Shown here piece after piece: positions 16,930 through 26,505 of a stretch of DNA of 45,370 nucleotides. How positions within the stretch are numbered: position 1 is the first letter of the stretch; every line of letters begins with the position of its first letter. The stretch is taken from positions 1-45,370 of IMG/VR virus record IMGVR_UViG_3300022181_000002, one strand, 5' to 3'. The DNA is from a virus (Duplodnaviria; Caudoviricetes). Position numbers and translations under genes: made by a program. The notes beneath the pieces are model-generated. The model worked only from the letters and a program-made list of their open reading frames with translations. It made no database searches and was not told where the DNA came from.

Positions 16930-18792
16930 TCATTTCACTTTTCGATTGAGCGAAAAATATATCTTCACATCAAGTATTGATAAATCCTCATTTGCCGAAC
17001 TATTGCTAAACTCCATTTGTAAATATTTAATTTTTTTCATTTTGGCTTTTAACCGAAAAACCGGGTCAAACACATTAACATCCCACGTAAACGTGTCCCA
17101 GTTGAACGTATCCCAGTTAAAAGAATCGCTTGTAACTGTCCTGATAAACGTCAGCTCTGCTAAATCATCATAAGCAGTTACTGTAATATTCCCGGCGTTG
17201 GTAACGTTGGTCCTGAAGTAAATCAGGTTGATTGTCTTCAAGTACTCCTGATAGTCAAAATGGAATAGCCTGGTTAAGTGCCTGCCGTCAATGGCGGCGC
17301 CATCGTCGTTCTTATTGTCAATAAACTTCCAAAGGTGCCCGCTGCTCCGATCTCCAAAGCAAGTCACTCCGGCTTTCTGAATCCAGCAATTAGCGTTAAT
17401 GTTCTCCCAGTACCACCACTGTAAAGCGTCAGGATTACCTTGCCAGGGGGTATCCCGATAATTCCACACCCAGGCATGATTGCCAACGCACAAGACATAA
17501 TACTTGCCGTCGTCAAAAGAGGTAGCCGCTCGTAAAGCATCTTCGTTTTCGTCAAGCAGACCGGGCCGGCCGGGCCCCCGGTTGATAAGATCGCTTATGG
17601 ACCGGACATTTTTTTCAGTTCGGACGTCGGTCCGTTCTACAATCTGTACCCCCTTTTGAGAATTGAGGAATACGATGTAATTATCAATGATCTGAATGCT
17701 GCCGGGGCAGTCGCAGCCGATACCTGCATTCAGGGGGTAAGCTAAAAATTCCGCTGCATTGGCCGTCTCATTGAAATAATATTCGATTCGGTGCAAGGAC
17801 CGCTCTTTCAGGGCTACCATCTGGTCATATTGAAAAGCCAGGCCCCGGTTAAAGTCGGCGTCAGAACCAACGTCATTAAAATTGTTAACCGGCCAATTGG
17901 CAGGATTTAAAATATCGCACCACCATACCCGGGACGGATAATCCGGATTACCGGTTATAAATATCCGGGTGTCATTCTTGCCGCCGAACAAGGAAGCATA
18001 GCGGCACTTCCGTACCTCTGTGGCGTCATTCAGCCCCGCTTTGGCGCAGGTAACCGCTACCGTGTGCACGCCCGGGGCGGTTCCGAAAGTAATTTTTGCG
18101 TAATCGTCGCCGGTCGGGAATGTATAGCTCTCCAGCGGCACGGTCACGCCGTCTTTTGCAATCGTTACCGAATCAGCTTCCATAGAAAGCACATATACCG
18201 TATCGCCTGCCGTCCCGGCAAACTCTTCAATCCAGGAATCGGTCAGCAGGTTTAATTCTTCTTCCACTACGCCCCCGGTGCCGTCCGGGTTCTTGGCCGT
18301 AATCATAGTCGGTACATGCGGGGTGACTGCCGCAAAGGCTGCGCCGTCGTACTGCCAGTAATTTGTACCGTCAAGGTAATACCAAACATCACCCATCACC
18401 CAAGCTATACCTTTTGCGTCGGCCAGGCCGGAGCCTATCTCCACAGGCTGGCTGCCGCCGCTCTGGGTATACAGCTTGGCTCCCCAATGCATCAACCTTA
18501 TGGCGGTGCCGTCGTATTTGACGTAATCCCAAACCCCATGCACAGCCCCGGCGCCTAAAGAAGCATCATATACCTTGGCAACGCCGTCCCTTTTTTTAAC
18601 GCCCCCGATGCCATCAGAAACCATATTGACGCTGCCGGGTTTGCCGGTACGGTAATTGTAAGGACTCTGGCCGTTTTGTATTTGGCTGTGTTCGTCCCGC
18701 AGGTTTAACCCCAAGTCAATACGGGGGATTTCAAACGGGGCGGGCTCTGCGGCCGTGGGCGGGACTTTGAAGGTTACTGCCTTTACCGCCAT
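16930..18792 (-). CDS. Tail nozzle / DNA stabilisation protein (P22 gp10-like beta-propeller)
   Basis: 620 aa, beta-rich; GLN near the N-terminus, IGCDCPGSIQ and ISDLI motifs; position after the adaptor. Confidence 0.75.
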   Translation of the reverse strand: MAVKAVTFKVPPTAAEPAPFEIPRIDLGLNLRDEHSQIQNGQSPYNYRTGKPGSVNMVSDGIGGVKKRDGVAKVYDASLGAGAVHGVWDYVKYDGTAIRLMHWGAKLYTQSGGSQPVEIGSGLADAKGIAWVMGDVWYYLDGTNYWQYDGAAFAAVTPHVPTMITAKNPDGTGGVVEEELNLLTDSWIEEFAGTAGDTVYVLSMEADSVTIAKDGVTVPLESYTFPTGDDYAKITFGTAPGVHTVAVTCAKAGLNDATEVRKCRYASLFGGKNDTRIFITGNPDYPSRVWWCDILNPANWPVNNFNDVGSDADFNRGLAFQYDQMVALKERSLHRIEYYFNETANAAEFLAYPLNAGIGCDCPGSIQIIDNYIVFLNSQKGVQIVERTDVRTEKNVRSISDLINRGPGRPGLLDENEDALRAATSFDDGKYYVLCVGNHAWVWNYRDTPWQGNPDALQWWYWENINANCWIQKAGVTCFGDRSSGHLWKFIDNKNDDGAAIDGRHLTRLFHFDYQEYLKTINLIYFRTNVTNAGNITVTAYDDLAELTFIRTVTSDSFNWDTFNWDTFTWDVNVFDPVFRLKAKMKKIKYLQMEFSNSSANEDLSILDVKIYFSLNRKVK

Positions 18793-18796
18793 GCCA

Positions 18797-19780
18797 TCAC
18801 CATCCTGTCACATTTAAAATCGTCCCCTGCTCCTCGGTTTTATTGCTTATAATTTCGGATTTGCGCGCTTCATAGATGTTTAACAGCGTCATTCCTACAG
18901 TCACTCCGTTGGCCCCACCCTCGGAAAGCAGAATATTCCCGGCCACGTAGTACGGAATGACCATAGCTGCATCATCCGAAACCCGGTACGTGCCGTTTAT
19001 GCGATCAATGCCGTATATTTGGGCGTCGTTGGTTTCTTCCACGTCGGTATAAACAAACAATGTTGGCATGCGCCAGTAATTTACAACAAACTCAGCTGGA
19101 GCGTCATAGCGGTTAAACCCTATTCGTTTATTGGGCAGCAGCACATATTTGGCGTAGGGGATGAACTGCCTGACATCCTTCTTTGCCATCACATTGTTTA
19201 ACTCAAGGCAATCGGACGGCAAGTCATACTCAAAAAACGGCCGGTGTTGCTGGACATCTGCTTCGCTTTCCCAGGCGTAAGGATAAAGAATATAATTCCT
19301 AACATGAAAAACATAAGACCCCGTGAATCGGAGTCTTATCATGTTGGTTAATTGAGTTGGATTGATCAATCGTCGATATTCGGTGAACTCTGTCACCGAA
19401 CCCGGCACCGCGATTGTCTCCAGAGGGGTGTACGTTGTGCTGCCCGCCGTCGCTTCTTCAATGTGCACCGTAGCCGGGCCTATAATCTCAAAATAGCAGG
19501 ACCTGGCATTAGTAAGCGTGATAGATATGTCCGCCCCGCCGGGCTCAAACGTCTTAATGGCGCTGGTGTCGTATGCCAGGGTGTTTCGCACCGGGGCATT
19601 GATAATATGTTTCACCCCAGGGATCCGGGCGGTTGTCTCAGCCAGGTTCTTCATCGCATCGTTGGTAAAATCCTGAATTTTGATATTGACATCGGTGGTG
19701 GACTGAATCACGCCGGTCGTGTCGTATTCGTCCAGCAGTTTTAAAGCCCGTTTCTTGGTATCGCCGTAGGTTAAGGCCAC
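18797..19780 (-). CDS. Head-tail adaptor (P22 gp4 / T7 gp11-like position)
   Basis: MALTYGDTK N-terminus, YDLPSDC motif and AMVIPYYVA helix; synteny. Confidence 0.65.
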   Translation of the reverse strand: MALTYGDTKKRALKLLDEYDTTGVIQSTTDVNIKIQDFTNDAMKNLAETTARIPGVKHIINAPVRNTLAYDTSAIKTFEPGGADISITLTNARSCYFEIIGPATVHIEEATAGSTTYTPLETIAVPGSVTEFTEYRRLINPTQLTNMIRLRFTGSYVFHVRNYILYPYAWESEADVQQHRPFFEYDLPSDCLELNNVMAKKDVRQFIPYAKYVLLPNKRIGFNRYDAPAEFVVNYWRMPTLFVYTDVEETNDAQIYGIDRINGTYRVSDDAAMVIPYYVAGNILLSEGGANGVTVGMTLLNIYEARKSEIISNKTEEQGTILNVTGW

Positions 19781-19795
19781 GGGGAAGCACCCCCT

Positions 19796-20065
19796 TTAAA
19801 TATCGAAATACATCACCGAAACACTGGTTCCGGTCGCGTTGCTTATGACTGACAAATCCCCTTTAACCCGCATCTTGAAAGGCGGCATGATGCCCGCCGG
19901 AATTAGAAATCCGTTGGCTGCCGTTGCGGTTTCTTCGGGGTTAATATACAATGGCTGCGCTCCGGTATTCGCTATCACAAACGGCCTGCCTTGCGTTTGA
20001 ATATTTTGGGCTGTGTTTTTAAGGCTTGCGATCACCGAAACACTTCGCGCTGTTCCGTGGCTCAT
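19796..20065 (-). CDS. Small putative virion protein
   Basis: Tight operon packing; GAAGGTG RBS. Confidence 0.7.
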   Translation of the reverse strand: MSHGTARSVSVIASLKNTAQNIQTQGRPFVIANTGAQPLYINPEETATAANGFLIPAGIMPPFKMRVKGDLSVISNATGTSVSVMYFDI

Positions 20066-20305
20066 TTAAGCACCTTCTTTCAATAGTCGCTTTAATTGCT
20101 CGTTGCTTAGCCTGCTCCATTCCGGGGGCTTGTCGGGCAGGGATTTGACTAATGCCATCAATTCGGCTCTTTTCAACTCTCCCAAGTTGGAATCTTGATC
20201 CTGCTCAGCCGGCACAGGCTCTTTTTGTCTTTCAAGCGTTTGCCAGATGTTATAAAGGAGTTTGTTAGTCTGGCCAACTACCTCAGATTTGTTTATTTTA
20301 AACAT
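20066..20305 (-). CDS. Small helical protein (Rho-N/HeH-like C-terminus)
   Basis: LGELKRAELMALVK...SRLSNEQLKRLL; GGGGAGG RBS. Confidence 0.6.
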   Translation of the reverse strand: MFKINKSEVVGQTNKLLYNIWQTLERQKEPVPAEQDQDSNLGELKRAELMALVKSLPDKPPEWSRLSNEQLKRLLKEGA

Positions 20306-20320
20306 AAAAGCCTCCCCGTT

Positions 20321-20566
20321 TTAGCTGCTGGCCACAATTCCAAACGCCTGCAAGGCATCGATAATGCTGCTTATCGCCGCCCGCGCCTCAGTGTCGGCGG
20401 TGGTTCCGCCGTCCGGGTCGGAAATCAGCGCGGCCTGGGTGCCGCTGGCGACCACCTCGCCTGCGTCGCTTAGCTTGTTTAATTCGGCGGCGGTGGATGT
20501 AATTTCCGTTCCGTTAATATATAAACGTTCAGCATCTATTCCCTTATGATGAGTACAATCAGACAT
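20321..20566 (-). CDS. Head fibre/decoration-like protein
   Basis: TSTAAELNKL repeat and C-terminal AISSIIDALQAFGIV motif; directly after the capsid gene. Confidence 0.65.
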   Translation of the reverse strand: MSDCTHHKGIDAERLYINGTEITSTAAELNKLSDAGEVVASGTQAALISDPDGGTTADTEARAAISSIIDALQAFGIVASS

Positions 20567-20622
20567 TTTTTAACGCCTCCCTTAAATTGAGGAGGGGGGC
20601 TAATTAAAGCCCCCCGGTTAAT

Positions 20623-21627
20623 TTAGAAAGTTGATGCGCCAGACAGGCCCGGCGCAATTGCCAGGATGTGCCGCCAGTTGTTGGGGGCCGCTCCGTAACG
20701 CGCCCGGCCCTTGAATATGTTGTTGTCGGTATTCTCGTCAATGTAAGATTTAACCGACAGCGGAATCCTGTCCAGCCAGGGCATGCATTCATAAGCCTCG
20801 TTGTACTTGGAATCAACCAGGTAAACCACATCTCCGCCGCTTATTCCGCTCCAATTGGTCAGCAAGGGGCTGATTATGACATTCCACCGGCCAAACTGAT
20901 AATTGAACGAGTTGTCGGCGGTTCCCGGAATGCCCTCGCAGCCGATCGCATCAAAGACCAATTTTTTGGTTACGGCCTTGTCAGGAATGATAATGGTATC
21001 CGGTGAAACCGTCAAAATATTTCCATCATCATCTTTGAAGTAATGCATCTTTTCCTCGCCGTAGCAGAGGGTGTCATAGGAGAACACAGCATTATAAAGG
21101 TTGCTCTGATTTGCCGTGCCTCCTGTTTTGGACGGGTGAGCCGTTGAAAATAAGGCTTGCCCGTCGGCTGCGGCAATGTTGAACACCTTATTGTTTTTGC
21201 CGAAAGTCATAGTTGTAGCGTTTCCGGCATTGAGGAAGGCCAGGCCAAACAGTTCGCGGGTGCGCCCGTGGCTTCTCATAAAACCATGCGCTTTTCTCTT
21301 TACCTTTCCCATTCTCGCGTCTTCGATCATCGTCTGGGTTACAGGAAAGGACAATTTCCATTCATCAGGTTCTACCACTCGGTCGTACCCTTCTTGGAAG
21401 CCGCTTTCAGGGTATTTGCCGCCCTCGCCCACCGGCTCAAAATCGCCTAAACTGGTTTCATAGGAATATTTTTCAGCAAAATTGGAGGTCTTGTCCATGC
21501 AGAAGATGTACTTCAGTATGGATTGCTTCTGCCAGGCCTCCTCAAGCTCTTCGAGAAACATCTTGATGGGTTCCTGGCTTTTGCCGTAAACGGACTCATT
21601 CACTCCGCTCGCTTTGCTAAACAGCAT
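20623..21627 (-). CDS. Major capsid protein (HK97 fold, Mu gpT-like family)
   Basis: 334 aa; FEPVGEG..YP, F.VTQTMIED, ADGQALFSTAHP and GRARYG..NWR motifs; position after the scaffold. Confidence 0.88.
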   Translation of the reverse strand: MLFSKASGVNESVYGKSQEPIKMFLEELEEAWQKQSILKYIFCMDKTSNFAEKYSYETSLGDFEPVGEGGKYPESGFQEGYDRVVEPDEWKLSFPVTQTMIEDARMGKVKRKAHGFMRSHGRTRELFGLAFLNAGNATTMTFGKNNKVFNIAAADGQALFSTAHPSKTGGTANQSNLYNAVFSYDTLCYGEEKMHYFKDDDGNILTVSPDTIIIPDKAVTKKLVFDAIGCEGIPGTADNSFNYQFGRWNVIISPLLTNWSGISGGDVVYLVDSKYNEAYECMPWLDRIPLSVKSYIDENTDNNIFKGRARYGAAPNNWRHILAIAPGLSGASTF

Positions 21628-21648
21628 TTTATTGTCACTCTCCCTTCT

Positions 21649-22074
21649 TTAAGATTTGAAGTAGCCGCGAACCCTTGAAGACGTGGCCGCTCCGTCGGTT
21701 GCGGAGATTTCAAATACGCCCTTGGCGGTTGTCGCCGTCGGCTGCAGGGCTCCGGTATTGAGCGTGACTCTTGAGCCGATAACCGTAGAGGCTACTTGCG
21801 CGCTGGACATGGCTTCATACTCTACGTCAGAAGATATTCTCTCTACCGGGACAGGCGTGACGCTGGTTGATTCTGCGGCCTGCGTTTTTAGGGCTATAAA
21901 CATACGGCCGTTTGCATCGTCAGTGTCCAGGCCGCCGCTTGTCAATCTGCCGCTGGACAATTTTAAAACCTGGCCCAAAGTGCAGCCTTCGTTGTCCGTC
22001 ATTAAGCGGTATTCTATGGGGTTTTGGGAAGTTATTTGGCTCCCAACTCGTTTAAAAGCCATTTTGCTTATCAC
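21649..22074 (-). CDS. Capsid cement/decoration protein
   Basis: ~140-aa beta-rich protein between scaffold and capsid genes. Confidence 0.65.
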   Translation of the reverse strand: MISKMAFKRVGSQITSQNPIEYRLMTDNEGCTLGQVLKLSSGRLTSGGLDTDDANGRMFIALKTQAAESTSVTPVPVERISSDVEYEAMSSAQVASTVIGSRVTLNTGALQPTATTAKGVFEISATDGAATSSRVRGYFKS

Positions 22075-23136
22075 CTAACCTTTCAATGATTTCTTGTAAT
22101 GCTCCAGGTATTCCTTATGGGTTTTGCCCGGGTTAAGCTGTTTGTACATTTTCAGTGTTTCCTCGGGGATGGTTACGGTATCAACCTCTGAACGCCCGCC
22201 GCTTGGCTTTAGGTGAGCTCTGCCGTTTACCTGGTTCAGCGTCTGCTGTTTCACGGCGGCAGTTGCCTTTTCTTTCAACGCCTGCCGGTTAACGCTTTCA
22301 TAGGCATCCAGCAGAGAATACCCCAGCCCAAACTTCTGGCAAATCTTTTGCCATGTTTCAGGCCCGACCGATTGCGCCAAATCCTCCACCTTGGCAAACC
22401 CGGGATATTCTCCCTTTAATTCATCAAACTCAGTGGCCACCCGCTGCTGAACCGCTCTTTCCGCCTGTTGGACTTGAGCTTGCTGCTGTACCTGCTGCGC
22501 CTCAAGCTGCCGCCTTTCTTCGGATTGTTTTATTTGCAGTTCAATCATATTGGCTTTAAATAAAGCTACTTCAGAATTAACCGCCCGGCGTATTTCGGCA
22601 TCGCCATAACCCTCGGCTTTCATGTCTTCGACCATCTTGCCCATTGCCGCATTGAAATTTTGGATCTGGTTGTTGGTTTGCTGTTGCTGCTGTTGGGCCT
22701 GCTGCTCTATAGCTTTATCCCAGCCTGATACAACATCATCAAAGGTTTTGATGCCTTTTTCCCCAAAACGCTTGGCGATTTCATCGTCGCGACGTTTAAG
22801 CTCGGCCTGAAGCTTTTCGTTATCCTGCCTCATCTTCTTAAAGGCTTCATTGGCTTCGTGGCTCTGCTCTTTCTTAACCTCTTCCGGAATCTCTTCTTCT
22901 CCCTGATCGGCGGTGCCAGGATCGGCTTTTATATCACCGTCGCTTTCGCCTTCGATTTCATCAGAGAATCCATCAATAGGTTTATAGTCATACAGGGCGT
23001 CAAGCGGACTGGTTTCAACTGCGCTTTCGGGTGCTGCTGCGCCACCGCCAGCTTCTCCGCCGCCTTCGCCCTCTGCAAACATCTGGAAGTCTATTTGAAA
23101 GGCCGTGACCCTTTCCTGCCCGTCATTTACCGGCAT
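22075..23136 (-). CDS. Capsid scaffolding protein
   Basis: Acidic N-terminus and coiled coil; N-terminal IDFQMFAEG (LQxFA-type) motif; between portal and capsid. Confidence 0.8.
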   Translation of the reverse strand: MPVNDGQERVTAFQIDFQMFAEGEGGGEAGGGAAAPESAVETSPLDALYDYKPIDGFSDEIEGESDGDIKADPGTADQGEEEIPEEVKKEQSHEANEAFKKMRQDNEKLQAELKRRDDEIAKRFGEKGIKTFDDVVSGWDKAIEQQAQQQQQQTNNQIQNFNAAMGKMVEDMKAEGYGDAEIRRAVNSEVALFKANMIELQIKQSEERRQLEAQQVQQQAQVQQAERAVQQRVATEFDELKGEYPGFAKVEDLAQSVGPETWQKICQKFGLGYSLLDAYESVNRQALKEKATAAVKQQTLNQVNGRAHLKPSGGRSEVDTVTIPEETLKMYKQLNPGKTHKEYLEHYKKSLKG

Positions 23137-23181
23137 GCTTGAACCTCTCTTTCTGCCCTTGCGCCGGGCCGCGAAGTTAAA

Positions 23182-23313
23182 TTATTTCGCCCTCAGGTCT
23201 CCGCCTGTGGACTTCTTGGGGCTGTGAGTCTGGCCCAAAGGTTTAGGGGCTTTTACAACGCCCTGGCTTCCTGCGGGCTTTTTGTAACCGGCATTGCCTT
23301 TGTTGTCTGCCAC
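23182..23313 (-). CDS. 43-aa basic protein (M)ADNKGNAGYKKPAGSQGVVKAPKPLGQTHSPKKSTGGDLRAK
   Basis: Manual translation; AGGAGGTG RBS before GTG 23313. Confidence 0.7.
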   Translation of the reverse strand: MADNKGNAGYKKPAGSQGVVKAPKPLGQTHSPKKSTGGDLRAK

Positions 23314-23410
23314 TGGCTGTCACCTCCTGTTCGTTATTTGGGTAGATAGTCGTGGGACGGCGAAGTCCACGCATTGCGCCGCATAGGTGTTAGGGCCCGA
23401 AACGGGCATG

Positions 23411-23451
23411 AAAAAACCCCGCAACTTTCTAAAGTCAGAACGGTTCGGGGC
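23411..23451 (-). terminator. Terminator-like hairpin after the portal gene
   Basis: GCCCCG...CGGGGT stem followed by a T-run on the minus strand. Confidence 0.6.
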
Positions 23452-23474
23452 TAAGTTACATAAACTGTTCGCCT

Positions 23475-25475
23475 TTACATTTGGGCGCCGGGGCTCCCTC
23501 CCATCTGCGCTTGCTCCGCCTGCTTCATCTGCTCTAATGTCTGCGCCACCACCTGCTGAACATCTGGAGCCAGGCCATCAAAAAGAGCCTGCGCTTGTTC
23601 TGGCGGCAGGCTCAACATCTGCTGTATGATTTGCTGTATCTCGGGCGGTATCTGCGGCCCCTGGGGCTGCGGCTGTGGTTGCTCGGGGGGCGGCTGGTTC
23701 TTTGCCGCCTCTATTTCTTCCTGCATCTGTTTTTTTATCTCCCCAGCTCCAGGATAATGTAATTGCTCTACGATGCTCCAGAACCGGAGATTGGCCGGCG
23801 AAGTCTCAAAAGCCCGTGTTTGTAGGAATTTCTCCGCTTTGTCGAGAATAAACATTTTATCCTTTGGCAATCCTGCCCCGGCGTCCGCGGTGAATATAAA
23901 ATCTGTGTTGTAGTACCATTCGCCGCTTGAGTCTTGCACTAAAAAGGCGTATTTATTAAATTGCCCGTACTCGCGGGTGCCGTCCTCTTTCTGCCGGACG
24001 TACGGCCGGGGCTCATCGCAAAAGGCCAGTTTCATCTCAAACATGATTTCAAACATTTCTTTGAAGGCCGTATATTTATTCGTAACCTTGGATTGAAGCC
24101 GTCCCGTCGCCTGTTGTACCTGGATTTCTTTGGCCCTGCCGCTCTGCGCCGTGTTGTCCGGCTGTCCCTGGAAGGAGTTTGTTATCCCCAAAGTGTTTTT
24201 GGCTGATTGGTACTGCTCTTGAGCAAAAGAAAGCTCTGCCTGTATGTCGGCGCTTAGGCTTTGTATCCCCAGCATTTGCAGTTGTTCGGCTGTTCCTCTC
24301 ACAATTTGATATAACTCGTTGGTCAGCGTAAAATTATGCCCGGTTAAAGCCTTAACAATCGCCCCGCCGCGAATGATCTTTTCTTCAACAGAAGAAACCA
24401 CTTTCTTAATCGCGTCGGCCTGATCTTTTATTACCTCTATATCGCTCTGTCCGCCGAAGGTAAAGTTCTTAGGCACGTTTCGGCGTATGACCACCGGGAA
24501 CCGTTGCGGGGCAAAATAGGGCACTTCAGTTCCTGCTGGTATAGTTGTGCCGTCGGGCAGCATCACATCTTCGGCCAGTTTTTCAGTTTTTGCAATTTTG
24601 CGTTCAAACTTGGTTCCCCCGCACTGGATGCATATGCCGTCCGGGTCTATGGCCCCACCGCACTCGATGCAAACAGTTGGCCGGCGGTAGAAATATTTGG
24701 GCGTGTCCTCTAAAATGGTATCATTAGCCCATACAAAGCGGCCCACGTCGCCGTCCTTGTCCCTGTACCAGCAAACCACCTCAGTCACCTTATCCTTTTC
24801 GTTGCCGGTGCTGTAGCCGTCACCAGACAGTCTGTTGATTTCGGGGTATTCCTCGCCGTCGTCCGGCACGTCCACCCCATACCGCCGTTTGCAATAGGCC
24901 CGGGTGACGCTGGATAGGATGAACAGGTGATCCATCTCCTGCGCCTTCCATATGTTGGACTGCGGCACCAATTGCTTGGGGTGCAATCCGCGTAATATCT
25001 GCCGGCCAATGTATAAGGGGTGCTTGAAATCGCTATCCCAATCCACCAGGATAACTGAGTGCCCACACACCGGTGTATTGCGCTCGTTTTCGTCGTTTAT
25101 TTCATTGATATCAGACTCCATCAGATCGTTTTTAAGGCTGTCCTCAATCATCTGTGCCTGCTCGTCGTAGCCGTCAATCTTGCTCGTTACTGCCGGCTGC
25201 GGGATATTGGAATCAACCTGGCTTTCAATGAACTCATAACAGATATTTTGGACGTTATTGGCTTTATTGCGAGTCGCCGGACCGCTGGTTGAGTTTATGT
25301 TCGGGTATACTTCATGGGTGCCCAGGTATAGATATTCCAAATCATCGAATTTTGACAAATCCCAGTCATTGAGGGCGTTTGTCAGTTTATCTTGCCATTC
25401 TTTCAACTTGGCTGATTCGGCCACGGTTTCACCCCGCTTTTGAAATCGTTCTTTTATTTTCGTGAAGAGGCCCAT
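23475..25475 (-). CDS. Portal protein (P22-like size) with a zinc-ribbon insertion
   Basis: 666 aa after the terminase; GQSDI..IKDQAD and QSGRAKEIQ..QA.GRL motifs; Q/P-rich C-terminal barrel-like tail; internal CIEC...CIQC. Confidence 0.88.
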   Translation of the reverse strand: MGLFTKIKERFQKRGETVAESAKLKEWQDKLTNALNDWDLSKFDDLEYLYLGTHEVYPNINSTSGPATRNKANNVQNICYEFIESQVDSNIPQPAVTSKIDGYDEQAQMIEDSLKNDLMESDINEINDENERNTPVCGHSVILVDWDSDFKHPLYIGRQILRGLHPKQLVPQSNIWKAQEMDHLFILSSVTRAYCKRRYGVDVPDDGEEYPEINRLSGDGYSTGNEKDKVTEVVCWYRDKDGDVGRFVWANDTILEDTPKYFYRRPTVCIECGGAIDPDGICIQCGGTKFERKIAKTEKLAEDVMLPDGTTIPAGTEVPYFAPQRFPVVIRRNVPKNFTFGGQSDIEVIKDQADAIKKVVSSVEEKIIRGGAIVKALTGHNFTLTNELYQIVRGTAEQLQMLGIQSLSADIQAELSFAQEQYQSAKNTLGITNSFQGQPDNTAQSGRAKEIQVQQATGRLQSKVTNKYTAFKEMFEIMFEMKLAFCDEPRPYVRQKEDGTREYGQFNKYAFLVQDSSGEWYYNTDFIFTADAGAGLPKDKMFILDKAEKFLQTRAFETSPANLRFWSIVEQLHYPGAGEIKKQMQEEIEAAKNQPPPEQPQPQPQGPQIPPEIQQIIQQMLSLPPEQAQALFDGLAPDVQQVVAQTLEQMKQAEQAQMGGSPGAQM

Positions 25476-25479
25476 TTAC

Positions 25480-26505
25480 TCACCCCATTCCCCACTTCTT
25501 TAGTAAGTACGCCTGCTGCTCGGGCGTGGCGTTCATGTAATCCTCGCGCAAGTCCTCAGGCAGCCTAGACCAGTCGAGAGGCTTATTGTCGATTTGAATT
25601 GTTTTTCGCTGCTGGCCAGCTATATAACAGTTAATCGCCCTGGCCATTACGCAATCATCATGAAATCCCTCCGCGGCTTCTGGCCGGCCTTTTTCGTTTT
25701 TAATAAAAGTTGTCATTTCGTTTAGGGTGTCTATGTCTTTTACACGTTCGGGATGTTCCCTTATGATAGTTCTTAGCATCCCCAAAGCTACCGGGCGCGT
25801 AAGCTTGTTTGTATTGAATCCGAACCGCTTTGTCAGTTTGCCGGTGAAAGCATCCGGGGTTTCTTCTCTGACATATTGGTTCGGATAGTTCAGCCGGGTT
25901 AATTCTTTCATGGGATGCGTGCTGTAATTCGTTTCTACTCCGATCAGGGCGTCATTATAATAACACCCCAAGCAATACATTTGCCGGGCATATAAATCTT
26001 CATCAAAGTTAATGCGAAGGCTGGCCACGTCCTGCTCTGTGGTATTATCGGTAAATGCGCCTGTATTCCAGTCGCTGCCCTCTCCAGCTGTGTCGCCTCC
26101 CCCAACATATGGATATCCCTTTTTAGGTTCCTCGTAAATTTTGATATAGCCTTGATCATCGCCTACCCACTCATAGCCAATTATCTTATCATGTGTGCTT
26201 GCGTCATTCCATTTAATTTCGAAATAGCCCTGTTTAAGCGGCTTTTTTGTTCGTTCTTCTTTGATGCGCCTGGCTACATTTTTCTTGTTAAAAAAAGTGC
26301 CCCCGGGGATTCCCCAGAGGCCCAATGCGTATATATTATATTCATCCTCGTCGTATTTCTTTAGATCCTCCATTTCTTTGGCATATGCCGTATCAATAAA
26401 GGGATTGTCATGATAAGTTGAATGGATTATCAATGTATCATAATCATTTACATTTCCTTTAAATGCCGCGGCTTGCTTAGTTCCGTATATAATTAGTCTA
26501 CTCAT
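25480..26505 (-). CDS. terL: Terminase large subunit, C-terminal part (lid plus RNase H-like nuclease)
   Basis: STYHDNPF, YALGLWG, GGDTAGEGSD, VETN and GFHDDCVMA motifs; GAGAGG RBS before ATG 26505. Confidence 0.88.
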   Translation of the reverse strand: MSRLIIYGTKQAAAFKGNVNDYDTLIIHSTYHDNPFIDTAYAKEMEDLKKYDEDEYNIYALGLWGIPGGTFFNKKNVARRIKEERTKKPLKQGYFEIKWNDASTHDKIIGYEWVGDDQGYIKIYEEPKKGYPYVGGGDTAGEGSDWNTGAFTDNTTEQDVASLRINFDEDLYARQMYCLGCYYNDALIGVETNYSTHPMKELTRLNYPNQYVREETPDAFTGKLTKRFGFNTNKLTRPVALGMLRTIIREHPERVKDIDTLNEMTTFIKNEKGRPEAAEGFHDDCVMARAINCYIAGQQRKTIQIDNKPLDWSRLPEDLREDYMNATPEQQAYLLKKWGMG

